A stretch of DNA of 64,000 nt, taken from NCBI GenBank assembly GCA_032128875.1, contig JAVLKG010000009.1, forward strand, positions 32,001 through 96,000. Direction: 5' to 3'. Positions within the stretch are counted from its first letter, which is position 1. Each line of letters starts with the position of its first letter. The stretch is from Candidatus Melainabacteria bacterium 17Bon1m (lineage in GTDB: Bacteria; Cyanobacteriota; Vampirovibrionia; Obscuribacterales; Obscuribacteraceae). Positions 48,420-59,700 of the stretch are shown in pieces. A model generated the notes under the pieces. The model was given only the letters and a program-made list of their open reading frames with translations. It did not search any database and was not told the origin of the DNA. A program made the translations under genes and the position numbers.

Positions 48420-51400
48420 CTAAATGAGGATTGCCACAGCAAAAACGCCGTCGAATTCGTCCCTTTCGAATACAGTCAGTTGGAATTCTTGTCCTGTGAT
48501 TTTGCTTGGGGATAGAACAGATGCGACCCAACCGTCATTATTTCGTTGCATGCTCTGGACTGTCCATTTTGTAGGATTGCCACCAATGCCGGTGCCGCAT
48601 GCTTTTGCAGACGCTTCCTTTGCTGCCCAGATTCGTGTCAAAATCTGATTGCGGGCATCTGCTGTTACACCGCTCAGAAAGTGCTTCTCATCGTCATTTA
48701 GTATCAAGCGCTCGATGCCTTCTTCCCTCACGGAATAAGGTTCGTAATCGATACCAATACCAAAATTGGAAGCGTTGCCTTTTACAAATCGAGCAATACC
48801 AATCGCGTATCCGTCTTTGTGTGTAATCGAGACTTGCGTCGAAATGCCACGCATCTGCAAGTAATGAGATTGCACGCAAGGTGCGCCGTTTTGAGCGGGA
48901 AGAACATTCAATTCTAGCGGCGGCAATGATGCTCCGAATGTCGTTTGATAAAGTCTGCGCATAGCATCTTTGGCAGCAATTCTTCCGAGCAGCCATTCGC
49001 GTTTGCGTTCTCTTCGTGTAATGAAATCGCCCATGTATTGCTGTTCTACGCCAGTGAGGAAATAGTCGGACAACCAAGTTGCGACCGTTTCATCATCTGG
49101 GATATCGCCGTTTTTGATATATGCCACACCGATCTCGGATGCGATTTGGGCAGGCAGGGACGGTGGATTCAATGGCGCGGCAACGAGATTTTGCCCTGGT
49201 TCTCTGACGAAGTCTTTCAACGTTTGCGACAGAGCAATTCTGCGGCTTGATATTGATTCGAACTCAGCTATCAGTTGACCATCAAGGGTGGAAATTTCCA
49301 CATCTGCTTCTGTGCCTCTGTCACTTATAGAGCGCAGTTTTGCAAAAACGCGTACATCTCCTTGCACTTCTCCCAAAGGTTTGTAGAGAGTAAGAGACTG
49401 AACGTGGAAGGGCAACAGCGCAGTGCAATTCTCTTGATGCTCGTACAAGTGGAAGAGGACCAGTTGTGTGGAATTGTCCAGCAAAAGCGGGTCTGCAATG
49501 AAAGGCGGGTTCATTCTCGTTGCATATGGAATTGTTTGACCAAACCAATCTTCTGCAACTCTGGAAGAAACAATGCCGGTAATCTCGCGTTTTCCCACGG
49601 ATTCTATTCGCACAACCGATTGCATGCGCGGTCCGTGGAACATGTTTCCTTCTACATATAATTGTTTTTCTGAAATAATCGGCGGTCGCCCGTCAGCCGG
49701 CGCAGGGTTTTTGGACATACCTGATGAGCGTTCTCTTCCGAGCACAATTTGCGCTGTCATGTCTGCGGTGTCCAGGCGATGCTGCCCGCTGTAGTGTTCA
49801 CCGCCGCCAGCCAGACTCAACCACTCATCTTGCCTAACAACCTTCAAACCTGCCGTAGTGCCTTTTGCCTCGCGTTTTGCAAAAACCAGCAACCATACAC
49901 CTTCTTGTCCAACACGAATACGGCGCATGGCCCGAATGTTTTCCACCGCGGTGACAATCTGACCACCGCTCACGAGCGATGCCGCCTCGCACATCATCTC
50001 GATTGCCACGGTCAATGGCAGGAGGTGTACCCGTTCGTCCTCGCTTTGAGGATTGTTCAAACTAGGTCCCATGCCAAAGCGCACTGGGCCACCAATTGCA
50101 TGGTCCTTCAAATAGCGATGAGAATCCAAAGTAAGAGGTAACAGAATTTCGATTTCATCAGGCGCGCAATTGATTATGTATGACGACTCCATGAATGCCG
50201 GCAGCCGGGAGAACATGTGACTCGTCAATTGATACGACCCTGGCATCAATGGCGGCGTTGTTTCAAAACCCGCAGGCGCAGTCGGATTTTGATTGCTATC
50301 GGTCACATCGTGCACGTCGTATTCGATGAGATTGGGATCTTTGTGCTCTTTTGTCGTGAAGAACTGCGAAAAGATTTGCGCTTGCACCTGCATGATATTG
50401 GTGTGAAAACTTTCGAGCGTCTTTATGTAGTTGTCCATAACCGCATCAATCACGGCAAATGGATCTTCTTCCAGTGGCTGCGCCTGTACTTCGGCCGGCT
50501 GGTCTGCCTGCGGCATTTCGCCTGGGTACGGGAGGTCTGGCGTATTGATATCTTCTGTGCGCGAGCTTGCGAAATATTCATTGGCGCGACTCGTATCATG
50601 CTGAATCGAGGGCAGGTTGGGGCGCTCAGAAAGCTCGATTTCTGGGTATTTCAAGGACAGATGCATGCTCGTCGATTTTGCCGGTTTGCTGTCCGGATTC
50701 AAATCTATGAGCTCTGCACGACGCGAGAAGAGATAGTCGAGCGTCAGTGGTACGGCGTGACAATAGAGGCTTGCAAGCGTGCGGTTGAGCTGCGTGATGC
50801 CTGATTCATTCTGCAAGTTAGACGCGATAGCGACATATTCTCTGCCTTCCAAGACCTCGTCTATAACAGGCGTCATGCCGCCACGCGGCCCGACTTCGAC
50901 AAAGATGCGAGTGCCTTCGTCGTGCATCGCTCGGATGGTTTTTTTGAAGTGAATCGGGTGCGTGAAGAGTTCGGTAGTGATTTTGCGAATCGCTTCAGTG
51001 TCGTCAGGATACTTGTCGATAAGCGAGCATGCCCAAGTTGGAATTTTGGGTTTGGAAACAGTCACAGCCTTCACTGCATCGTCGCCGGCGCTGACTTTCC
51101 CTTCGACCAGAGGTGTGTGATAAGGAATGGCAATCGGTAAAGGCAGAACTTCGTAGCCTGCTTCTTGAATGGCTTTCTTGGCAGCGACGATAGCGTCTAC
51201 TGTTCCTGAGAGCAGCATTTGTTTCGGTGACAAGTCTGCGCCCAGATAGACTGTATGTGGCAATGATTTGATGATGGGCTCAATTTTGTCCCAGTCGCCT
51301 GTCACTTTGATAGAACGCAATTTTGCCAGCTCTGCGATTGGCACGGCATTGGCGACGCCTGTGCTGAGACGGTAGAAGACTGGCGCTGTCTCCAATACAT

Positions 51401-53660
51401 CGGCAGCTCCGTTAATGAGCAAGGCCGCAAATTCGCCTGTGCTTACGCCGACAATTGACGATGGTTCGACACCAAGATTTTTCAGCAGTTGATACATCGA
51501 CCATTCAGCAAGAAGCACCGTAACAACTGCGCTGTCCATGCTGGCAAGCAGCGCTGCCGTGACCTGCGGACCCGGGCGACCTGGCTTTGTGACGCCGAAC
51601 AATTTTGTGCTCGGCAATATTGAATGAAGCTCGCTGAATGGACGCGTTTGCTTGTCAGGATGCGAATAAGTCAACGACATCTGATCGATGTAGTCGAATG
51701 CCATGCGCACATCAGGGAAGTGCATGCACAAGTCTTTGAGCATGTTGGGATAGGCGGCGCCAAGCCCCGGCAGGACATAGGACAACTTGCCCTGGGTAAT
51801 GGTGTTTTTGCCGGTGAGGTAAATATTGTCGGTGACCTGACCGGTCGAATGGGCATGCAAATGACCTATCGCTGTGAGAAGCTCTTCTCGCAAGTCGCGT
51901 ACAGATTTTGCGACAATCGCCAGGCGATAGGGTTTTGCCTCGGCTTTTTTACTCAGGCTGTAAGCCAGGTCACGCAAGAATAGCGGTCTTTTCTCATTAG
52001 ACAGACGGCTGTCGATCAATTTGATTGTGTTTTGCACCTGAGAAATCAAATCGTCGTTGTTGTTGCCGCTGAAAACGACCAACTCAGTGTCCCACTCTTT
52101 GATCAGTGCAGGACGTTGGCTTTCGTCTTTGTCATCGTGTTCTTCGACGATGACGTGTGCGTTGACGCCCCCAAAACCGAAGGCGCTTACAGCAGCGCGA
52201 CGCGGTTCTACGGTGGTTTTTAAATCTGAATCTTCAACGCTCACACTGGGATGAACTTTCGGGTGAATCCAAGGGCGAGTCTGCGTGCTGATGTGGCAGG
52301 GGTGTTTCGTCCAATCGGTTGTTTTACTCTCAGACATGACATTGAGGGTCGGGGGCAAAACACGATGATAGAGCGAGAGTGCTGCTTTGATTAAGCCCGC
52401 CATGCCACTGGCTGCTTGGGTGTGCCCGATTTGAGATTTGACGGAACCAAGGGCGATCCAGCCAGCTTCTTTGCCGCTTTCTTTGCCTGTCTCTTTGCCT
52501 GCATTTTTACCGCCTTCGCCAGTCATTAGCTCGCCTGCGGCGCCGTAAGTCTCTCTTATCGCCTGCAATTCTGCTGAATCACCGGCGGGGGTGCCTGTGC
52601 CGTGTGCTTCAATCAAGCCGATTGTTTTGGGCGAAATCTGTGCATCTTCGAATGCACGTCGAATTGCCAGGCTTTCGCCTTCGTGCGATGGTGCCAGGAG
52701 ACTGGTTCCGTGTCCGTCGCTGGATGAGCCGACGCCGCGAATGATGGCGTAAATGCGATCGTTGTTTGCCAGAGCTTCTGAATAGCGTTTTAAAACAACG
52801 GCGCCGATACCTTCACCGAGTATGGTGCCATCGGCATTTTGATCGAAAGGGCGAATTTCTTGACTGGGCGATAGTGCTGTCAGCGCGCAGAACATCTGGT
52901 AAAAACACGCGAACGAATTGATGTGAATTCCACCGGCAAGCGCCACGTCGCAAGCGCCGGTGCGCAAGTCGCGCACTGCTGTTTCTACTGCAATGAGTGA
53001 CGAAGCGCAGGCCGCGTCGAGCAGTAAGTTTTTTCCTTTGAATCCCAGGCGTTGTGCAATTCGTCCAGCCAGCAAGTTTGGCATGACACCAGGTACGGTG
53101 TCTGAATTGGTGGGCGGCAGCGAGCCGTGAAGTAATTCTGCAAGATGGCGAATATCGTCGTGAGATATTTCCGGATGCAATTTTTTTACTAGCGACAACA
53201 TCTGATCAACAGTCTGACCCTGCTGGATCATTGTCATCGCGCCTTGTCCGGGGGCCGATGTTCTTCCGAGGATGACCTCGCCCTTTTCTAAAGCAGTCGG
53301 TAAATTCTCGTACCCTGCGTCCGCCATCGCTTCTACAGCGACGCGTAAAGCGAGAAACTGATCAGGGTCGGCGCCGTGAACAGCGCGTGGCATGACGCCA
53401 TATTTCAGAGGATCGAAGTCGGCCAGTTCGGTGACAAAACCACCGCGCACGCAATAGATTTTCTTGAAGTCCGATCCGGCAGGATTTTGATATCTGATCG
53501 TCTCCCACTCTTGCTCGTTGGGCTCCCTCAGGCAGTCGCGACCGGCAAGAATATTGCCAAAGAAAGGCGCCAAACCCGGCGCCATCGGAAATAAGCAGGA
53601 CATGCCGACGATTGCGATTGGTTCCGTCTGCTTATGAGTATCGTTTTTTGTCTCAGGCAT
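48420..53660 (-). CDS. Type I PKS/FAS subunit: KS-AT-DH-4'-phosphopantetheinyl transferase
   Basis: KS DAACASS/EAHGTGT/KSQIGH; AT GVSTG and PYHT; DH YLKDH...LLP and DPLLLD...Q; PPTase GRIAAKDA, VSITH, GIDYE and WAAKEA. Confidence 0.9.
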   Translation of the reverse strand: MPETKNDTHKQTEPIAIVGMSCLFPMAPGLAPFFGNILAGRDCLREPNEQEWETIRYQNPAGSDFKKIYCVRGGFVTELADFDPLKYGVMPRAVHGADPDQFLALRVAVEAMADAGYENLPTALEKGEVILGRTSAPGQGAMTMIQQGQTVDQMLSLVKKLHPEISHDDIRHLAELLHGSLPPTNSDTVPGVMPNLLAGRIAQRLGFKGKNLLLDAACASSLIAVETAVRDLRTGACDVALAGGIHINSFACFYQMFCALTALSPSQEIRPFDQNADGTILGEGIGAVVLKRYSEALANNDRIYAIIRGVGSSSDGHGTSLLAPSHEGESLAIRRAFEDAQISPKTIGLIEAHGTGTPAGDSAELQAIRETYGAAGELMTGEGGKNAGKETGKESGKEAGWIALGSVKSQIGHTQAASGMAGLIKAALSLYHRVLPPTLNVMSESKTTDWTKHPCHISTQTRPWIHPKVHPSVSVEDSDLKTTVEPRRAAVSAFGFGGVNAHVIVEEHDDKDESQRPALIKEWDTELVVFSGNNNDDLISQVQNTIKLIDSRLSNEKRPLFLRDLAYSLSKKAEAKPYRLAIVAKSVRDLREELLTAIGHLHAHSTGQVTDNIYLTGKNTITQGKLSYVLPGLGAAYPNMLKDLCMHFPDVRMAFDYIDQMSLTYSHPDKQTRPFSELHSILPSTKLFGVTKPGRPGPQVTAALLASMDSAVVTVLLAEWSMYQLLKNLGVEPSSIVGVSTGEFAALLINGAADVLETAPVFYRLSTGVANAVPIAELAKLRSIKVTGDWDKIEPIIKSLPHTVYLGADLSPKQMLLSGTVDAIVAAKKAIQEAGYEVLPLPIAIPYHTPLVEGKVSAGDDAVKAVTVSKPKIPTWACSLIDKYPDDTEAIRKITTELFTHPIHFKKTIRAMHDEGTRIFVEVGPRGGMTPVIDEVLEGREYVAIASNLQNESGITQLNRTLASLYCHAVPLTLDYLFSRRAELIDLNPDSKPAKSTSMHLSLKYPEIELSERPNLPSIQHDTSRANEYFASSRTEDINTPDLPYPGEMPQADQPAEVQAQPLEEDPFAVIDAVMDNYIKTLESFHTNIMQVQAQIFSQFFTTKEHKDPNLIEYDVHDVTDSNQNPTAPAGFETTPPLMPGSYQLTSHMFSRLPAFMESSYIINCAPDEIEILLPLTLDSHRYLKDHAIGGPVRFGMGPSLNNPQSEDERVHLLPLTVAIEMMCEAASLVSGGQIVTAVENIRAMRRIRVGQEGVWLLVFAKREAKGTTAGLKVVRQDEWLSLAGGGEHYSGQHRLDTADMTAQIVLGRERSSGMSKNPAPADGRPPIISEKQLYVEGNMFHGPRMQSVVRIESVGKREITGIVSSRVAEDWFGQTIPYATRMNPPFIADPLLLDNSTQLVLFHLYEHQENCTALLPFHVQSLTLYKPLGEVQGDVRVFAKLRSISDRGTEADVEISTLDGQLIAEFESISSRRIALSQTLKDFVREPGQNLVAAPLNPPSLPAQIASEIGVAYIKNGDIPDDETVATWLSDYFLTGVEQQYMGDFITRRERKREWLLGRIAAKDAMRRLYQTTFGASLPPLELNVLPAQNGAPCVQSHYLQMRGISTQVSITHKDGYAIGIARFVKGNASNFGIGIDYEPYSVREEGIERLILNDDEKHFLSGVTADARNQILTRIWAAKEASAKACGTGIGGNPTKWTVQSMQRNNDGWVASVLSPSKITGQEFQLTVFERDEFDGVFAVAILI

Positions 53661-53694
53661 TTTTCGCTCCAGGTACTACCTGGTACGCAAGCGC

Positions 53695-53744
53695 GTAAGG
53701 GCGATGCCATACATCGCGCTGGCGACGCATGGCGTCGCCCCTAC
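53695..53744. repeat. Inverted REP-like pair with GTAA/GTAG ends (REPIN-like)
   Basis: GTAAGGGCGATGCCATACATCGC (53695-53717) faces GTAGGGGCGACGCCATGCGTCGCC on the minus strand (53721-53744). Confidence 0.72.
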
Positions 53745-53752
53745 AGGTGAAC

Positions 53753-56700
53753 TTACTTGGGAATAGCTGCACTTGCGGATTGATTAGCAAGGCGATTGAG
53801 GGATTTGCTTCCGATGCCGCCCAGTCCTTCGATTACGAAGGCGAGGACACCAGATTTAGTATAGACCGCAACGTCGCATGTCAGCTCGCGCGCGGTTGTG
53901 CCGGGCGTGATGAACACTCTTGCGAAGTAGCTGTCTTGCAGGAGCAGGTCGCGATCGCCGATGTGCAGCTTCTTGAAGCCGGTCGGCAAAACGGTTATAT
54001 CAAGGAATTGACGTGCCCAGACTCCCGCCAGTTGCATGGCGCTGTCCAAGAGAATCGGGTCGATGGTCCACTCGTTGCTGCCGGTGCTTCTGCTCAAGCA
54101 CTCTTGCGGGCGGGATGCTTTCAGTTCGCCAACGATGCCTTCTTCGCCGAGCGCTGTGATGCTGGTGATGCCCTGGAAGCGCGGACCGTGGAACATGAAG
54201 TCCTTATAGACGATCTGGCGAGTTGGCAATGGCGAAATCGACTTGATGTCCTGTCCGATGCCGGCCAAGGTTGCGGTGCTCGGGACAAACGCTGGAATAT
54301 TGATCAAACCGCTCAAGCGGTGAGCAACACCATTGCCGTTTGCGGGCAGGCTGCTCAATTCAAAAGACGTTTTGAAGTGTTGGCGCTTGTTGCCGGTGAT
54401 GACGGTAGTTTCGACTGTCGTTGTTTGACCGACGGTTTCAACCTTGCGAGCACTTACTGTGAGCGTTTTGGAGGCACTGTCGAAAACAATACCTGCGGGA
54501 ATTTCCAGGCGGTTGACGCCGGTCATTTTCGCGTCAGGGCATACCGACTGCGCTGCCTCAGCCATCATCTCCAGCGCCATCGCCATCGGCATCACAGGGA
54601 CGCTGTCGAAAGTGTGGTCCTGAAGGTAGAGGTCGACGTCGGGACTGAGAACAGACTCGAATTCATAAGACGCGTCGTCGATTTGTCGAGTGAAAGCGTC
54701 AGACAGGCGAACCATCTTATCTGTGGGGATGCCCTTAGATACTGGCAGTTGCGCCACAATCACCAACTCGGCTTCGTCCTTGCGACCATACAGAAGATCG
54801 TCGACAAAGGCTTTGCGTCCGGCTGCAGGCGCAATCATCGCCCAGCCGTACTTGGCAAAGAGCGATTCTAATTCGGGCTGTGCCATACCTGCGTTCCATG
54901 GTCCCCACATAAGCGAGGCCACGCGGGCGTTGGATTTCTTGTTGAGCCAAACAGCAAGTTTGTTAAGCGTTTCATTCGCGCTTACATAATCGGATTGACC
55001 AGCATTACCGGTACGTCCGACCACAGAGGAGAAAAGGAAGAAGAACTTCAAATCAGGCTGTGCTGCCAGTTTGCTCAATGTCTTAGCGCTGTTGATTTTG
55101 GTCGTGAAAACGCGTTCGAAAGATGCCTGTTGTTTCTCTTTTACAAATGCATCTTCAATAACTCCGGCACCGTGGATGATGCCATCGATTTTGCCGAACT
55201 CTGCATTTATAAGATCGATCGCTTCTTCGAGTGCGGATTCATTGCGGACATCTACAGGCAAGTACTCAACCTTGGAGCCTGCTGCACGCATGGCTTGCAG
55301 GTTATCTCTGATTTCGCGATCGCGAATCAGCTTTTGATATTGCTGTTCGACTATCGCAATGCTGACTTGCTCGCCTTTGTCTTTCAAATGACTCATGATG
55401 GCGGCCTTGATGTCGCGCATCGAAGTCAAACCAGCCGTATAGTCCGGCTCTGCTTCAGGCTCTGGCGTGCGACCGAGCAATACCAGTTGTGGCTGGAATT
55501 TTTCCGCGAGGTCCAATGCGATTTCCGCTGTGATACCGCGAGCACCACCGGTGATGACTATAACCGTAGACGAGTCGATGGTTATTTGTTGTTGGCGGTG
55601 CTCTGTGTCTGAGTCAGAATCGATGTTTGTGATTTTGACATCAAGCCCGATGCGGGTCGTGCCGTTGTTGACATAACCAATCTCGACGCGCTTGTTGGCG
55701 GCAACTGCTGTGTTAGAATCGCCGCCGTCGTTGGCTTCGAATTCTTCTTGCGCGTCCATTTCGCGAATAACGATGGATGCAATCTGCGAGCCAGTCATCG
55801 ACTCTTCAAAGTCGATAGCTTTGGCGCGCACGATCGGCCATTCCTTGGCCAGGCACTTCATAAACCCTGAGATGCCGGCTCCCCAGATGCGGTCTGGTGA
55901 GGTGGAAGTCTCGATGTTTAGTCCTGCGGAATTCGATCCGAAGGCTCCACCCAATTTGCTGGCGCTTGTGATTGTCGCGATGCCCTTGTGTGCGGGATCG
56001 TTCAAATCAGCATAAGCAGCCTTTGCAAAGTTGAGCAAAGTCATAGTCGCGGCCGGCGGGGTGCTGCCGGTGATTGCGACATCAGCCTTGTTGAGAGGCT
56101 GGAGGTTGATAATCCTGGCGACCTTGCCGTGGCTCTTTCTTACCGATTCGAGCACCGACTTAACTGCATCAAACGAGGTGGCATCCAGCTCGCATGCGCC
56201 GTTGTTGATCTTCAATCCGTCTTTAGTGTTGGCGACGTGGCGAATTACTACGCACTTTTCACCGCGCGCCGTCAGGGACTTTCCCACTTCCTGCCAGGCG
56301 TCTCCTTCATCAGCGATGATCAAGTCGATGCTCCCGGCGGGTACCTTTGTTGGTTGCAGAACGGCTGCGGCGAGTTCGGAAACTTCAACCGTGGCGCGCT
56401 GGATATTGTGCCCGCTGGCACTTTCCTTGCGGGTAGAGAACGCTGTTTGGGCTGTTTGCGTAGCGGCAGCAGCGACCAAAACCGGTGCTTTTTCTACCGC
56501 GCCATGCCCGTTGCCGTTTCCATTTCCGTGTCCATTGCTGCCGTTGCCAGTTTCTATAATGCCGGCTGTAGCATGAATGATGTCGAGGTTGTGACCGGCA
56601 CCATTGCCATTTCCATTGGCTCCGTTGGAACTAATAGATCCATTCGAACCGTTTCCATTCAAACCGGCAGTATGCGCTCCGTTGGAACCATTAGTTCCAG

Positions 56701-59700
56701 CTACTTCTGCCAGTTCTGCCATTATTGCGGCACCATTGACGTTCGCATCGGATTTCGCGGCTGGCACGCTGGTTTCTGTGCCGGTATCGCCGGTCGCTTC
56801 TGAATTGATCCAGTCGATAATCCCCTTGAGGGTCTTAGTTCCAGCCAACTGCTCCAGTCCGCCTTCCAACTCGCGCTGTTTGGCTTCAGGCAAAATCTTG
56901 CGGAAACTGTTGAGGATTTCTACTCTCTTAATTGAATCAATACCGAGGTCGGCTTCGAGGTCCAGCTCGGGGTCGAGCATTTCAGGCGGGTAGCCTGTGC
57001 GCTGACTGACAATCTCGAGCAGCTCTTCAACGAGCTTTTCGTTAGAAATAGTCTCGACTGGCGCTGCCGCTTCAACGGGTGAAGCAGAACCATTTACTGG
57101 CGCTGCTGTCGCAACGGCATCAGCGGTGACCGCAGCGACAGGCAATTCGGAATGAGAATTGTTGTGTGCGATGTGTCCGTTGTTTCCGTTATGTCCGTTA
57201 TGTCCGTTATGTCCGTAGTGTCCATTATTGCCGTTGCCATTGCTCTCGATTGTGAGTGGCGCGGTTTCAAGAATTTGCGGTGCTACATGTCCATTGCCCT
57301 GCGTGTACTCGGGTTGAGCATATTGGGCTTGGACAGCGGGTTGAACGTACTCGGTGTACTGCGCTTGCGTGTATGGTTGCTGAGCAAATTGCTGTTGAGC
57401 AAATTGCGGCTGACCATATTGCGGTGGCGCAATCGGTTGTCCAAACTGCGGCTGAACATATTGCTGCGGCGCGTAAGGCTGTTGGAATTGAGGCTGCGCG
57501 AACTGTTGAGGCGGCACAACGCCCGCTTTTGTCGCCAGGTAAGCGCTCATCACTTGCTGCTGAGTGCGCAGGAAGCTGTTGGTCATCTCCAACATTGTTT
57601 GTTGGAATTGAACCATCACCTGGTCCATATTGCCGTTGGCAGCCGGTCTCGGCATCGCTTGAGGCTGCGGATAACCTTGCGGAGCGTTGTAAGCCGCTGG
57701 GGCTTGCGGCGCTCTTGGTGCTTGGTTGGTCGGTGGGATAGGAGGGGTAGATGCAGTCATTCTGGTTGCGGATTCCTTCGCTGCCGGATTTACTGGTTTG
57801 GCGCCACTTCCGTTAAATGGATTTGGTGCCTGGGTCTGATTGAGTTGACCCGATTGAGAGGTTGTATGAGTTTGTGGTTGAGAAACTGGTGGTTGCGCCG
57901 CAGGACGAGCTTGCGGTTGACCGGCCGATTGGGTTTGTGCAGTTTGCGACGGCTTGAGAGCCGGTGCAGAACCTCCTTGTGCTGCCGTATTTATTGAACC
58001 TGCCGCAGAAATGGAAGCGGTTGGTGCTGGTGCTGCGCTTGAAGGAGCGAGAGTTGATGGTTTTGGAGCGACTCCATAGCGCGTGATGTTGGCGCTGTCG
58101 ATCGAGTAGAGCAGTTTTGGCTTGCCGTTGGCGCCGGTAGTCGATTGATCTGCCAGTGCTGGAAGTTGTTCGATGCGACCTTCGTAAAGAACGCGAGCAT
58201 CGAAGTCCACGCCGTGAGCCCAGAGTTGAGCGAGCGTGTTGAGCAATTGCGTGATGCCGTTTTTGCCAGAGCGGTCGATTGCGACTGCCAGGTGTGGGCT
58301 GTCTTGAAGAATTGAAGATGTGAGGTTTGTCAGCACTGAGCCTGGACCAACTTCGATGAAGTAGTAGGCACCATCGGCATGCATGCGTTTGATTTCCGAC
58401 ACGAAATCCACAGGTTTGACGATGTGCTCAGCCAGGCGATTGACGAATTCTTCCGCCGAATCCGTGTAGGTACTGGCGTCGCTATTTGAATAGACAGGAA
58501 TTTTGGGAGCGCTGAAGGCAATCTGTTGCAGAGCTTCTTTGAGCGGCTGCTTGGCGTGTTCCATATATTGAGAGTGGAACGCTTGCGAAACAGCGATCGT
58601 GCGAGCTGCAATTTTTTGGTTTTTAAACTGCGAGACAGCATCGTTGACGGCATCAGTCGCGCCGGAGATAACACACTGATTTGGTGCGTTGATATTGGCA
58701 AGGGTGATACCACGCATGGTGCCGAGCAGTTTTTCAACTTCCTGACGTTCTGCGGTTACGGCTGCCATCGTGCCATCATTCTCAACCTTGGCGGTGAGCA
58801 AGCGACCACGCAATTCGGAAATACGAATCAAGTCTTTTAGATTGAGCGCACCAGCCGCATAGAGAGCAACATACTCTCCGTAGCTGTGTCCGGCGGCGCA
58901 GTCGGCTTTGATTCCGAGTTGGCTCATTAAATTGAATGCGGCGACTCCAGCAGCACCAACGGCCGGTTGGGCAATGCGGGTATCGGTGAGTTCTTGTTGA
59001 TACTTCTCTTCTGCTTCTTTCGTAAATGCCGGCGGCGGGAAAATGTACGATTTGAGGGAGCGAGGCAGAACACCTTGCAATGCTTCGTTTGCTTGCTCGA
59101 ATGTTTTGCGCACGGTTGGAAATGCAACCGAAAGATCGGACAGCATATTGATTTGCTGCGAACCTTGACCCGGGAAAAGGAAGGCTATCTTCTTTGTGCT
59201 CTGGTTCGAACTCTGGCTGTTTTCGCCTGGGGGCGATTCTTCGGTCTTCTCTTTAAAGAAGATGCCGCGAGGATCTTTGAATTCTGTTTTTTGCGGGCTG
59301 AGCAAGTCGCTTTGTGCACGCTTCAGTTTTTCGATCAAATCGTTGTAGCCGTCTGCGACTACAGTGAGGCGGCAAGTATTGGCAGCCGACTTAGCCGAAG
59401 GTTTGACTTGCGATTTGAGGAATTCTTTGTGGGCAAACCTGGTGAAACCGCCGGGCGTATTTGATGCCGCATCGGCTTGCGCGCGTTTTACTTGTTCTAA
59501 AAGCTGCTGAACGGACTTGACCATGTCCATTCTTGCTGCTGTAGATAAGGTGAATAACTCTGACGGCCACTCGGTTTTGCAAGGCTCTTCTTTAATAGCA
59601 ACAGCAGGCTCGTACTCTTCCAAAACACAGTGGAAGTTTGTGCCACCAAAACCGAATGCGCTCACGCCGGCGCGGCGCTGATGCTGCTCTGTACCAGGCG

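Noticed and set aside
53729-54871. 380-aa + strand ORF
   Set aside because: Antisense to the PKS DH domain, begins inside a palindrome, no recognisable motifs.
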